Both the position numbers and the translations under genes were made by a program. Of a stretch of DNA of 24,795 nucleotides, positions 1 through 9,526 are shown piece by piece. Positions within the stretch are counted from its first letter, which is position 1; each line of letters starts with the position of its first letter. Source of the DNA: a virus (taxonomy: Duplodnaviria > Caudoviricetes). The stretch covers positions 1 through 24,795 of the IMG/VR virus record IMGVR_UViG_3300017785_003150; one strand, given 5' to 3'. Under the pieces are notes generated by a model. It was not told the origin of the DNA. It saw only the letters and a list, made by a program, of their open reading frames with translations, and searched no databases.

Positions 1-1407
1 AATAAATACCTTTCTGATTTATTAGTAACACCAGGAACACAATTAGAATTATTTACTGAAGATATTTTTAACAGTTTGAATAGTAAGACTAACGAACCTA
101 TTAATGAAAAACTTGAAGAATTGTTGGTTAATTATTTGAAACCTTTTAATGTTAAATATAAAAATATAAAAGAATTGCAAGAAAGATATTCTGTTAATTC
201 ACTTGGGGCTGTAGATATTATTCAAAAAATAATTTACTTGTCAGATAACAGAGATATTAATACTTTTCCTGAAGAATTTTCACATGTTTTAGTAATGTTA
301 ATGGGAGAAGAAAATGAAACCATTAGTAATTTACTTAATACTATAGAATCTTGGAGCCAATATGAATCTATAAAAAACCAATATTATGATAAATATGGTA
401 AAAATATTAAGAAAATAAAAGTAGAAGCCATAGGTCAGCTTATAGGAAAAGCAATTGTAAACAATTTTAAATCTCAAGATAAAGTAGAACAAGGTTTGTT
501 TTCAAAAATTCTAGATGCTATCAAATCTTTATTTACAAAAATATCTAAAACAGATAAGTTACTATATGATATAGCTGATAAAATAGCTTTGGATATAATA
601 AAAGGAAAAACTTTAGTTCAGATTCCTGAATTAAATGGTAGACAACCTATTAAATATGACCAGGCTGTTGGTGATAATAAACTGGCTAAAGAAATCATTG
701 AAAAATATACAACTGAATTTCCATTTAAATTAACAGGTTCATTAGCTATATCAAAACAACAAGATATTTTCAGAAAAAAAGAAGAGCCTATACACGATTT
801 AGATTTTAGAATTCCTTTTGAATATACTAGAAATAATACTACTAAAGATTTCTTAAATCAATTTAATCAACCTAATATTGAAATGGCGCATTTTGGTTGG
901 GGTAAAAATGATTATAATACATATTCATTTTTTATGGTTCCTGAAGGATATACAATTGATAAAAGTAAAACAATAAGAGCAAATGATGGTTGGGTAAAAA
1001 ATCCTTATTTAGATATAACTGTCTATGATTCTAATATGAAAGAAGTTAACCCTCTTGATTTAGTTAAAAATAAACTATTAATAGGAGTAGATTTTTTCTA
1101 TCCTTTTACAACTGATAATGAAATTGATATAGATTTCTATGTTTCTGCCAGAGATGTTTATAAAGGAAAATTATCTTTATCTGAATTTCAAGAATCTTCA
1201 GAAGTATTTTTTCAAAGATTAAAAGATCAAAATGATTATATTATAAGTGATTTTACTAATTCAGTAGATACTAATTACAAAGATTTGTACTTTAGTGAAG
1301 AATCTTTTAATGAAAAATTTCCTAACTTTGCAGAACTTCAGCCTTTTGAAAAAAAGATTATCAATGACAATAAGGATGAAGAACTAGATATACAATGTAA
1401 ACTATGA
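1..1407 (+). CDS. C-terminal part of a large, probably virion-associated multidomain protein with a degenerate zincin-like motif and a pol-beta-superfamily nucleotidyltransferase domain (5'-truncated)
   Basis: Frame 1 is open from base 1 (NKYLSDLLVTPGTQLELF...), so the TTG start at 76 is probably not real. Motifs: TFPEEFSHVL...EAIG (zincin-like); LTGSLA-x13-HDLDF, GVDFF and RLKDQND (NTase). Virion association is inferred from position. Confidence 0.6.
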   Translation, partial: NKYLSDLLVTPGTQLELFTEDIFNSLNSKTNEPINEKLEELLVNYLKPFNVKYKNIKELQERYSVNSLGAVDIIQKIIYLSDNRDINTFPEEFSHVLVMLMGEENETISNLLNTIESWSQYESIKNQYYDKYGKNIKKIKVEAIGQLIGKAIVNNFKSQDKVEQGLFSKILDAIKSLFTKISKTDKLLYDIADKIALDIIKGKTLVQIPELNGRQPIKYDQAVGDNKLAKEIIEKYTTEFPFKLTGSLAISKQQDIFRKKEEPIHDLDFRIPFEYTRNNTTKDFLNQFNQPNIEMAHFGWGKNDYNTYSFFMVPEGYTIDKSKTIRANDGWVKNPYLDITVYDSNMKEVNPLDLVKNKLLIGVDFFYPFTTDNEIDIDFYVSARDVYKGKLSLSEFQESSEVFFQRLKDQNDYIISDFTNSVDTNYKDLYFSEESFNEKFPNFAELQPFEKKIINDNKDEELDIQCKL

Positions 1408-4400
1408 TATGTGATGTAAAAACCCCTTTATCTCAAGTAGCAGATGCTATTATAAAAGGTAGAGTAGAAGAACTAGCTTCTGGTAAAGCTGATAATCAAC
1501 AAGAGATTTTAAACAGGTTTCAATTATTTCAAAACTCTTTTGAAGTTAGATGGAAAGATGAATCTTTACTTAGAGATAAAAGAATACCTACTTTAAATGG
1601 TAAAGTTAGGGTTTATGGTGTTAAAGGTCAGGATGCTGATATTGAAAAATCATTTACTCTAGAAGGTAAAATGAATTTTGAAGCATTAAAAGGTAAAGAA
1701 AAAGCTAAAGAGATTTCTGAAGCTGAAGAATCTATCCTTAAAAAAGATACTGGTACTGCTGTACACTCAGTAATGGAGCAGCTAACTAAGTATTTTATTG
1801 CTAATGAGTATAAAGATAAAGTGTTGACAACTGATGCAGGAGCAGCTTTATCATTAGCAGAAATCAAAAAGATTATTAATCTTTCAGATAGAGATTTTAA
1901 AGTATTGTTTGATACCGCTAAACAGTTTATAACAGATGCTATTGAAACTCAAAATAAAATTGATCCTACTCAAAAACCTATAATAGTTGCTGAACAAATA
2001 GTTGGGGTTTCTGACCTAATGGGTACAGCAGATTTAATTATTGTTTATAGTGATAAAAGTGCTGACCATTTTGACTACAAAACTATTGTCCCTAAAAAAG
2101 AATACAGTGAATTTGACAAAGCTAGTAAAAAGTTTAAAGTTAATTCAATGTCCTGGATTCCATTTTACAAATATACAGACTGGAATTTACAGCTCCCTAA
2201 AACTACAGCTTCATTGTTAAAGACTATGGGGGTTACTACAGTTAGAAAAAGTAGAGTAATCCCTATTCAAGTTAATTTAAAAGTAGTTGATGGTAAATTA
2301 ACTAATGAAATTAGACAAATTGAAACCTTTGCTACAGCTAAAGACTTTTTAGATCCTATTGCTATTCAAGAGAAAGCTTCTACACCTACTCTTGAATTAC
2401 AGTTACAAAAACTTAATAGAATTAAACTATCTTTAATTAAAGACCTTGAAGCTATTAGAGGTACTTCCCCTAAAAAGGAAGCTATCAAAGAACATATAAA
2501 TAGATTAACAATATCTATCAATAAGCTTCAAGTTAAAGAAGACAATACTTGGTTAATCAATGACTATGAGAGATTGGTTAAAAGATATGGGGAATTGACT
2601 GATGGTATTTTTACTAATCTATCTGATATTACAAATGAATCTTCTGAAGATAAATACTTAAATAAAGAAGAACATAGACAATTAATTTTAGAACTAGAAG
2701 CTTTTTCTGGGGTATTAGCTGCCACTAAAGATTATTATTTTAAACTAGGGTTACCTGAAGAAGAAATTAAAAAATGGGAGAGTAGACGAGTTAAACTACA
2801 GGCTAATGTTTTAACAATGGTTTCTTCTTTAAAAGATAGTTTGTTATCTAGACAATCATTTAATGTAACTAACTTAGAAGAAATAGAGAATGCTAGTGAC
2901 GTATCTTTTTTAAATAAGTTGTTTGATACTTTTTCAGAAATCAATCATCCTGTTTTCAAAGAAGCTTTCTTTTTAATTTCTAAATATCAAAATGAAAAAA
3001 GACTGGCTTTACAAACTTTCAAAAATAAACTTAATGGTGTAGCTAAAGAACTTGAAGATTATTCTAAAGCATCAGGGTTGGGATTATTTGGAGCTTACAA
3101 TAAGCTTATTAATAGAACTACAGGAAATCTTCATGGGAAGTACACAAAAGAATTCTATGAAGGTCTAAAAAAAAATCAAGAAGATTCCAACAAGGTTGAA
3201 CTAGAAAAGACTTTTGAACTTAAAGAGGATGCTCAGGAAAAATATGATGCTTATGTAAAAAGAGTTACTGATATAGCAGGTTGGGATCTATCTAATATAG
3301 AAGATAAAAAGAAGTATGATACATTCAAACAAAACAATTCTTTAGAGTCTTTCTTATTTAGTAGTAGAGATATATGGAAGTATTATAAAATTAAACCATC
3401 TGCTGAAAATAATTTGTTTTCAGAAGAGTATAAAACTATTAAGAATACTCCAGCATTAAACAACTATTATAATTTCTGGAATGAAACTATGTCTGAATTT
3501 AGAGGTAAAATGGGTTTCAATGCATACTCAGATTTACCTGCTAATTTTATTCCTAATTTCAGAGCAGAAATGGTAGAAACATTGTTTAGAGATAATACTT
3601 TAAACTTATGGGAAAACATAGTTGATATGTTTAAAGTTAGAGAAGATGATTTTTCTTTTGGTACAGAAACTTATAAAGGTAAAATGGATATTGTTACAGG
3701 AGAAGTTCTCCCTGAAATCCCTAAATGGGGAATGACAGCTATCTACAATAAAGATGGAGTACTAGACAACAATCTTAAGTCTTATGATTTAACTAAAGTA
3801 CTTTATACATTTGCTGAAGTAGCCCTTAACTATGAATCAATGGCTAAAATCCAAACTGAAATTGATATTTTAGGGGATTTAATTGCAACCAATGGTGTTA
3901 AACAAACTACTTCTGATGGAAAAGTAATAACAACTTTATCAGGAGCATATGCTAAAGTTACTGGGGAACAGCTAGATGTTGTTAGATTATTCAAGCAACA
4001 TATATTAGCAAGTATGTATGGAGTTACTAATCAAGATAAAAATAAAGATGTTGCTAAAATGTTATTAGCTTTTAATAAAGCTTTGGTTATAACTAAACTA
4101 GCATTAAATCCTGTAACTCAAGTAGCTGCATCAGCTTCAGCTAAAATTAATCAATACTATGAAGGAGTTAAAGGTTATTACTACGATAGAACTAATATGA
4201 AAATTGCTGAAAAAGCTTTAGTTGGAATTCTATCAGGTAAGAATGAAATTGAAAAACTAGCCTTAGGGTATTTTGAATTTTCAGATAAGGGTACTAATAT
4301 AATAGCTACTGAACTTCCTTCAAATAACATCCTTAATTTATCTCAAAGAGGGTTATCAATGATTGGCTTTAGAAAGGGTTCAGAATACATTGATAATTCT

Positions 4401-5402
4401 ATTGGGTTAGCTATGATGCAGAACTATGGGATAGATGAAAATGGTAACATAAAACGTATTAAAAATCTTAAGGATAAAAGAACATTGTCAGAAAGATCTA
4501 AAGTAGTTGATGGAAAGTTTGAAATTGAAGGATTGTCTTTAGATGGTTATACTCAATTTAGAAATATGGTTAGACAGGTTTCTAGAGGTATTAAAGGAGA
4601 ATTAACTGATGGGGACATGAGAAATATTCAAATGACTACTTTAGGGAAACTATTTATGACTTTTAAAACTTGGTTACCAGATTTAGTTAAAGAAAGATTT
4701 GGTAGCATTAAGTATCAAAGTACAACAGATGCTATTGTTATTGGGAAAATGAATGCTATCTGGAAATCTAATTTGAAACCTGAACAAAAAAACTTTTTAG
4801 GGATTGTAACAGAAACTTCTTTAAACATTGCTAAATTATTATTAGATATTTCTACTTTTGGATATGCTAAAATGTTTACTGTTAATAAATCTAGAACTAG
4901 AGCTTTGTTAAATAAACTTAAAGAAGATAACCCTAATAACGAACAAATACAGAATTTTACAGAAGAAGATTTTATGGACTATATGAATGGTCAGATTAGA
5001 AGTTCTGTAACTGAATTGAGAGTATATTTAGCTTTCTTAACTTTATTAATGGCTTTAGGGGGAGATTGGGATGATGATGGTGAAAAAGATTATAAAAATA
5101 ATTTAGTAGCTAGAGCTACATACAGAACTTTAAATAGAGTTAGACGAGAATTAGGTTTCTTTTATGGGAGTGAAGGTGTTTCTATTATTACTAAGAACTC
5201 AGTACCTGTTACAGATTTATTAGTTACTTCATTAGATTTAATTGAAAATACATTTGATGAATCCAGAGATGCTTTCTCTGGAGAAAATAATCCTAGAGAT
5301 AAAGCAAATGTAGCACACTATTTTCTAAAAGTGTTTCCTGGAGGTAGACCTATAACAGATCTATTTGTTTTAGATGAAACTGCTGAGAAAAAAGAATTTT
5401 AA
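1404..5402 (+). CDS. Large (1332 aa) crAss-like virion cargo/ejection protein with N-terminal PD-(D/E)xK (RecB/Cas4-like) nuclease domain and C-terminal hydrophobic helix
   Basis: GTAVHSVME...AEQ...GTADLIIV...DYKT...LQL nuclease motifs, a long helical middle region, and RVYLAFLTLLMALGG followed by acidic DWDDDGE near the C-terminus. ATGA overlap with the upstream gene. Confidence 0.65.
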   Translation: MICDVKTPLSQVADAIIKGRVEELASGKADNQQEILNRFQLFQNSFEVRWKDESLLRDKRIPTLNGKVRVYGVKGQDADIEKSFTLEGKMNFEALKGKEKAKEISEAEESILKKDTGTAVHSVMEQLTKYFIANEYKDKVLTTDAGAALSLAEIKKIINLSDRDFKVLFDTAKQFITDAIETQNKIDPTQKPIIVAEQIVGVSDLMGTADLIIVYSDKSADHFDYKTIVPKKEYSEFDKASKKFKVNSMSWIPFYKYTDWNLQLPKTTASLLKTMGVTTVRKSRVIPIQVNLKVVDGKLTNEIRQIETFATAKDFLDPIAIQEKASTPTLELQLQKLNRIKLSLIKDLEAIRGTSPKKEAIKEHINRLTISINKLQVKEDNTWLINDYERLVKRYGELTDGIFTNLSDITNESSEDKYLNKEEHRQLILELEAFSGVLAATKDYYFKLGLPEEEIKKWESRRVKLQANVLTMVSSLKDSLLSRQSFNVTNLEEIENASDVSFLNKLFDTFSEINHPVFKEAFFLISKYQNEKRLALQTFKNKLNGVAKELEDYSKASGLGLFGAYNKLINRTTGNLHGKYTKEFYEGLKKNQEDSNKVELEKTFELKEDAQEKYDAYVKRVTDIAGWDLSNIEDKKKYDTFKQNNSLESFLFSSRDIWKYYKIKPSAENNLFSEEYKTIKNTPALNNYYNFWNETMSEFRGKMGFNAYSDLPANFIPNFRAEMVETLFRDNTLNLWENIVDMFKVREDDFSFGTETYKGKMDIVTGEVLPEIPKWGMTAIYNKDGVLDNNLKSYDLTKVLYTFAEVALNYESMAKIQTEIDILGDLIATNGVKQTTSDGKVITTLSGAYAKVTGEQLDVVRLFKQHILASMYGVTNQDKNKDVAKMLLAFNKALVITKLALNPVTQVAASASAKINQYYEGVKGYYYDRTNMKIAEKALVGILSGKNEIEKLALGYFEFSDKGTNIIATELPSNNILNLSQRGLSMIGFRKGSEYIDNSIGLAMMQNYGIDENGNIKRIKNLKDKRTLSERSKVVDGKFEIEGLSLDGYTQFRNMVRQVSRGIKGELTDGDMRNIQMTTLGKLFMTFKTWLPDLVKERFGSIKYQSTTDAIVIGKMNAIWKSNLKPEQKNFLGIVTETSLNIAKLLLDISTFGYAKMFTVNKSRTRALLNKLKEDNPNNEQIQNFTEEDFMDYMNGQIRSSVTELRVYLAFLTLLMALGGDWDDDGEKDYKNNLVARATYRTLNRVRRELGFFYGSEGVSIITKNSVPVTDLLVTSLDLIENTFDESRDAFSGENNPRDKANVAHYFLKVFPGGRPITDLFVLDETAEKKEF

Positions 5403-5433
5403 AAAATAGCCCCAATTAAGGGGCTATTTCTTT
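5401..5433. terminator. Bidirectional intrinsic terminator between convergent modules
   Basis: Perfect 10-bp stem AAATAGCCCC (5404-5413) / GGGGCTATTT (5420-5429), 6-nt loop, A-run on the left and T-rich tract on the right, lying exactly between two converging stop codons. Confidence 0.9.
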
Positions 5434-5749
5434 AGTAAATTCTATCAATAATCATTGCTTTTTTGATAATAAGATAGATAATATTATCTCCAAATTTTTC
5501 ATTAACAGTTTCTATTTTAGGAAACACACCTTTATCTAAATCATTAGTCATATCTGCAATAGATATTTCATGTTTTAGAAGAAACCCATCTAAAACCTTT
5601 TCTCTAGATAAACCAGATCTGTTACTACCTTGTTCAAAATTATGAAATACATTAGAATTTCTTCTGTATTCTTTACCTTTAACAATAAGTGTTTCTTTAA
5701 TTTTATCTAAAGTGTCAGTAACTATAAAATTAAAATCTTCTTCACTCAT
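5432..5749 (-). CDS. DUF1599/nucleotide-modification-associated (MazG-like helical) protein
   Basis: KGKEY...FHNF...LKH...GDNIIYLII pattern resembles the KxxxY/NF/DxxxY signature of this small phage family. Confidence 0.5.
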   Translation of the reverse strand: MSEEDFNFIVTDTLDKIKETLIVKGKEYRRNSNVFHNFEQGSNRSGLSREKVLDGFLLKHEISIADMTNDLDKGVFPKIETVNEKFGDNIIYLIIKKAMIIDRIY

Positions 5750-6648
5750 TATTCAAATACTTTAACTTCTAATTCTTCTTCTTCAGCTAATCCAACAATG
5801 GTGTATTCACAACATCTACCTTTTTGATAGTTATAGTCTGTTGGGATAGCTGTTACATTCATAGGATTAACTTCTACATAAACAAAAGCATTACCTGAAA
5901 ACCCTTTAGCATACTCATAGCCAGCAAAATGGAATCCTGTTGAACAACTATTTTCTCTATCAGGATCACAAAGGTCTCTATCCATAGAAATTACATCCCC
6001 AATAGATTGTTTTACTGATCTACTATGTGAATCTACAAACTGAGATTCAATTCTACCTTCAAGATAATCAATAAAGTATTGTCTTAAAGGATTACCAACA
6101 AAATGCCCTCTAGGATCTCTAACATTACCTTGTTTATCTAACTTAAGTCCATTAAATCTAGAATCATCTTTTTGTTCACCAACTCTAGTTACTTTTTTAT
6201 AAGCAATAAAAGTACCTGTTGGTGTAATAGGAATTTTATTAGATTCTAGGAATTGGAACAATTCTGTTACAGCATCTTGTCTAGGGTTAGCTAAACAGTT
6301 TTTCCAGAAATTAATCAAATAATCAATTGGATAACCTTCTTCAACAAATTCCAATAGTTTCTTCCCTAAATATCCATAAATAGCAACAGATGTATTTTCT
6401 TTCAAATACAATTTTCCATCATCAGATAGTAACAATCTATCATCTTTAGTAGCAATCCATTTAATAGGGGCAATAAACTTTAAGAAATCTTCCAGAAATA
6501 TTTGTTGTAGCTCCCCATAAGAATTATTAATATCACTGATCCTAGTTAAAATGTCTTTAGTCCTAGCATTAACTTGTAATACTCTAGGTTTAGTTTCACC
6601 TTGAATAAATAATGTTAATGTATTATTTGTTTTGATTGTAGCAATCAT
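5749..6648 (-). CDS. rIIB: rIIB-like protein
   Basis: LINFWKNCLANP, ELFQFLE, PITPTGTFIAYKKV, CSTGFH, VEVNPMNVTAIPTDYNYQKGRCCEY; lies directly downstream of rIIA. Confidence 0.9.
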   Translation of the reverse strand: MIATIKTNNTLTLFIQGETKPRVLQVNARTKDILTRISDINNSYGELQQIFLEDFLKFIAPIKWIATKDDRLLLSDDGKLYLKENTSVAIYGYLGKKLLEFVEEGYPIDYLINFWKNCLANPRQDAVTELFQFLESNKIPITPTGTFIAYKKVTRVGEQKDDSRFNGLKLDKQGNVRDPRGHFVGNPLRQYFIDYLEGRIESQFVDSHSRSVKQSIGDVISMDRDLCDPDRENSCSTGFHFAGYEYAKGFSGNAFVYVEVNPMNVTAIPTDYNYQKGRCCEYTIVGLAEEEELEVKVFE

Positions 6649-8501
6649 CTTTTCTTTATTTTTTTATTTTGCATTTTTTCAATATGCATATCTATTAATT
6701 TATTGTAAACAGAATTATATGCTGGATACAAATTATAATACTCTTTTGGGAATACAACTCCTATATTACGAATGTCTTGGATAATTCTTTCATTACTAAA
6801 GGCGTTTAATTTTTCCACATACTTTACAAAACAAGAATTTCTATACAAATCAGCATATAAATCAGTATCTGTAAACGGAGCTAAACATTCTTCAACTTCT
6901 TTTTTAAAAGTTACGTTATTCTTCAATAAATATTCTACGATATCTTTTTTGTTTTTAAAGTGTATAATCATAGAATTTATCCCAAGTTTATTCAATCCTC
7001 CAGTAGTTAACCTCATTAAATTAACTTTTCTGAACAATAGCTTTTCCCAACCATAATACAGATTTAAATCATTAGTTTCACCTTCTAGAAAATAGATCAA
7101 AGGTTTACTAGCATCTGTTAAATATGTATCTTTAAAGTCATCTACATTAGTAGAGTAAGCTTCTTTATTCCCAAGTTGTTTATAAAGTGTATATTTAATA
7201 ATAGATCTATCAGCTTTCTTTCTAGGACCTTTAACAACAGGAGTTACTATATCAGATAATGGAGTTAGATACTTTATTAAAACATCATATATTCCCCCAA
7301 CTTTATCTTTAGGGAGACTGTGAATAGTAGTACGCTCATCTCTGACATAAGAAGCTACATCATTAGAATTAATATCATCTGTATAACAATATAATTTATG
7401 AGTTAAGCATTGTTCTAATTTGAAAGTATTATACATTACCTGTTTACCATAATATTTAGTAGAACACCTAACAATATTAATATTCATATATTCACTTAAA
7501 CAATAACCTTCAAAGGATAATTCTGATTCATCAATATTATAACTCCTAACAACATGAAGAAGCTCAATTAGATTAGTTTTACTATCAATTAATAATTGAA
7601 CATACTCTAAGATTTCCTTTCTAGCTTCCGCAACAATTTTATCATAGTTATCAGAACTAGTAGTATTAATATCCAAAGCTTCCCTAGAAGCAGTAGGGTT
7701 TAATTCTCCAATATTGAATTTAAGAATGATATATTTAGAAAAATGTTTACCTCTAAAGTCATATGGAATATTACCTAACAGTACTTGTTGATGACCAGGA
7801 TTACCATAATTAGAAGCATACCAACTATCTTTTAATATAATAAGTCTTCTACCCTCATAACTAATTTCTGGATATACAACATTTACATTTTTATAATCTA
7901 TATTCTTAAACCAGCATAATTGTTTTTGAGCAGCTTCTTTAAATCTAGTAAAATCATAATGATCTTTAACAGGAATAATAATTTCAGTTCCAGATTCTTC
8001 GTTAGAAGGTTTACTATAAATTAAGTTGCATTCAGGAACATTATCTGTATTTAGAACTAAAGCATATAAATACTCAGTTTCATCATTAATTGTTTTTACT
8101 GTATAAGCATCGGTGTACTTAAAAGGAGACTTTGAACCAATCCCAAATCCACCAATCTGTTCATTATCTGTATCTTTGGTACTTTCTCCTAGGTTGCAGA
8201 ATATATCATACATTCTACTTTCAGAAATACCAACCCCATAATCTTTAAAAATAATAGTGTAATCATCTCCATTTAAAGGATCTTTTTCTACAAATGTAAT
8301 TTCTACATTTTTATCAGTATTACTTTCTTTATTAGCATCTAAGGAATTAGAAGCTATCTCTCTCATAATACTACCAAATGGATCTGAATAAATACCATCC
8401 AATAGGATTTTGAATATTTTACTTACATTTTTAATACCTACAGTTTTAGATTGAAAGTCACTAGACTTCTCTAAAACATTATCTTTAGCTTGTATAATCA
8501 T
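6645..8501 (-). CDS. rIIA: rIIA-like protein (N-terminal GHKL/Hsp90-like ATPase)
   Basis: IYSDP..SIMREIASNSLDA, KDYGVG, STK...IGGFGIGSKSPFKY, SGTEI, GELNPTASREAL. Confidence 0.9.
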   Translation of the reverse strand: MIIQAKDNVLEKSSDFQSKTVGIKNVSKIFKILLDGIYSDPFGSIMREIASNSLDANKESNTDKNVEITFVEKDPLNGDDYTIIFKDYGVGISESRMYDIFCNLGESTKDTDNEQIGGFGIGSKSPFKYTDAYTVKTINDETEYLYALVLNTDNVPECNLIYSKPSNEESGTEIIIPVKDHYDFTRFKEAAQKQLCWFKNIDYKNVNVVYPEISYEGRRLIILKDSWYASNYGNPGHQQVLLGNIPYDFRGKHFSKYIILKFNIGELNPTASREALDINTTSSDNYDKIVAEARKEILEYVQLLIDSKTNLIELLHVVRSYNIDESELSFEGYCLSEYMNINIVRCSTKYYGKQVMYNTFKLEQCLTHKLYCYTDDINSNDVASYVRDERTTIHSLPKDKVGGIYDVLIKYLTPLSDIVTPVVKGPRKKADRSIIKYTLYKQLGNKEAYSTNVDDFKDTYLTDASKPLIYFLEGETNDLNLYYGWEKLLFRKVNLMRLTTGGLNKLGINSMIIHFKNKKDIVEYLLKNNVTFKKEVEECLAPFTDTDLYADLYRNSCFVKYVEKLNAFSNERIIQDIRNIGVVFPKEYYNLYPAYNSVYNKLIDMHIEKMQNKKIKKR

Positions 8502-8515
8502 AATTTAACATTAAA

Positions 8516-8575
8516 TTATACGCAATAGGGTATAAAATACTAATCTAATAGTAAATTATACCCTAACGCATATAA
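8516..8575 (-). promoter_or_regulatory. Long imperfect RNA hairpin in the vWA-rIIA intergenic region
   Basis: Minus-strand RNA UAUAUGCG-U-UAGGGUAUAA-UU-UACUA / UAGUA-UU-UUAUACCCUA-U-UGCGUAUA; the outer stem needs G-U pairs that form only on the transcribed strand. Confidence 0.65.
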
Positions 8576-8581
8576 AACTAT

Positions 8582-9301
8582 TTATCTACCAAAAAATCCA
8601 GTATTAGAAGTCTTACCTTCTTTTACAGATTTACTGTAGCCTCTCATACTTTCGGACAATTTATCAAATACTTCAGCTGTACCAGCAGAATTAGTATTGT
8701 AAACTACAGTGTTAGCTGCAAATATCCCTAAATCTTTAGCTGCTTCTTTAACTACTTTAGGGTCACCCCCTCCAATAAAATTAATCATCCAACCTTCATC
8801 TCTTTTTTTAGAAATTAAAGCGTTAATTTTTTCTGTAGTATATTCTCTAGAATTATTTTCTTGCCCATCAGTAAAAATATTAAATACTACACTTGGGTTT
8901 TGAATTTTATTACTTTGAATATAATAAGCAGTATTTTCAATTGCATACGCAATACCATCATTCAATGCTGTAAAAGATTGAATAGGGTTGTAATTAATCA
9001 ATTTCAATGGCTGACTACTAAAAGAATAATGCTTGTTATTATATTTACCAAACATACTTAATCCCCAAAACATTGGATCTTCATTTTCAGAAAGTACATC
9101 TTTAATAATGTCATCCATTCCTGTTACAATAGAATCTACCATATTGTTACTTGCAATACTAGCACTATCATCAATAACAAAAATATTAACTTGTGTTAAT
9201 TTCTTAGAAACTTTCTTTGTTTTAGCTTTAGTTTTAACAGGTTCTACTGCTTTTGATAGAAATCTACCTTTAGCATCTCTTGGTTGTTTTTCCCAACTCA
9301 T
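8582..9301 (-). CDS. von Willebrand factor A (vWA) domain protein
   Basis: Complete MIDAS: IFVIDDSAS (DxSxS), TALND, IFTDGQENNSREY; W-x-INFIG; basic N-terminal extension QPRDAKGRF. Confidence 0.85.
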   Translation of the reverse strand: MSWEKQPRDAKGRFLSKAVEPVKTKAKTKKVSKKLTQVNIFVIDDSASIASNNMVDSIVTGMDDIIKDVLSENEDPMFWGLSMFGKYNNKHYSFSSQPLKLINYNPIQSFTALNDGIAYAIENTAYYIQSNKIQNPSVVFNIFTDGQENNSREYTTEKINALISKKRDEGWMINFIGGGDPKVVKEAAKDLGIFAANTVVYNTNSAGTAEVFDKLSESMRGYSKSVKEGKTSNTGFFGR

Positions 9302-9313
9302 TTTGTTTAATAT

Positions 9314-9526
9314 TTAACATTGTTCTTCTGTGATGATTATGTCATCTATATTCAGCCCTTGAAACGAAAGTTTATTTAAAATCTGTTCTTTTAAACTATC
9401 TAACATTGATTCATTAATGTTAAACACTTTAGCTTCTTCCTGACTAACTAATTTACTACCTATACTTAAAAAGTACCCTAATAAAAGTCCTTTGTAGGTA
9501 ATAATTTTAAATCTATAATGTTTCAT
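9314..9526 (-). CDS. Hypothetical protein
   Basis: 70-aa ORF tiling the operon with ATGA overlap to the dUTPase gene. Confidence 0.65.
   Translation of the reverse strand: MKHYRFKIITYKGLLLGYFLSIGSKLVSQEEAKVFNINESMLDSLKEQILNKLSFQGLNIDDIIITEEQC

Noticed and set aside
76-78. TTG start for the first ORF
   Set aside because: The frame is open to base 1, so the gene probably starts upstream of the window.
1740-2300. cas4 gene / CRISPR system
   Set aside because: No Fe-S cysteine cluster, no other cas genes and no repeat-spacer array seen.
1628-2944. Minus-strand ORFs 1628-1867 and 2735-2944
   Set aside because: Antisense shadows inside the 1332-aa gene with Ser/Leu-rich composition.
6772-9317. 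Plus-strand ORFs 6772-7056, 8709-8903, 8861-9061 and 9033-9317
   Set aside because: Antisense to the well-supported rIIA and vWA genes; no motifs.
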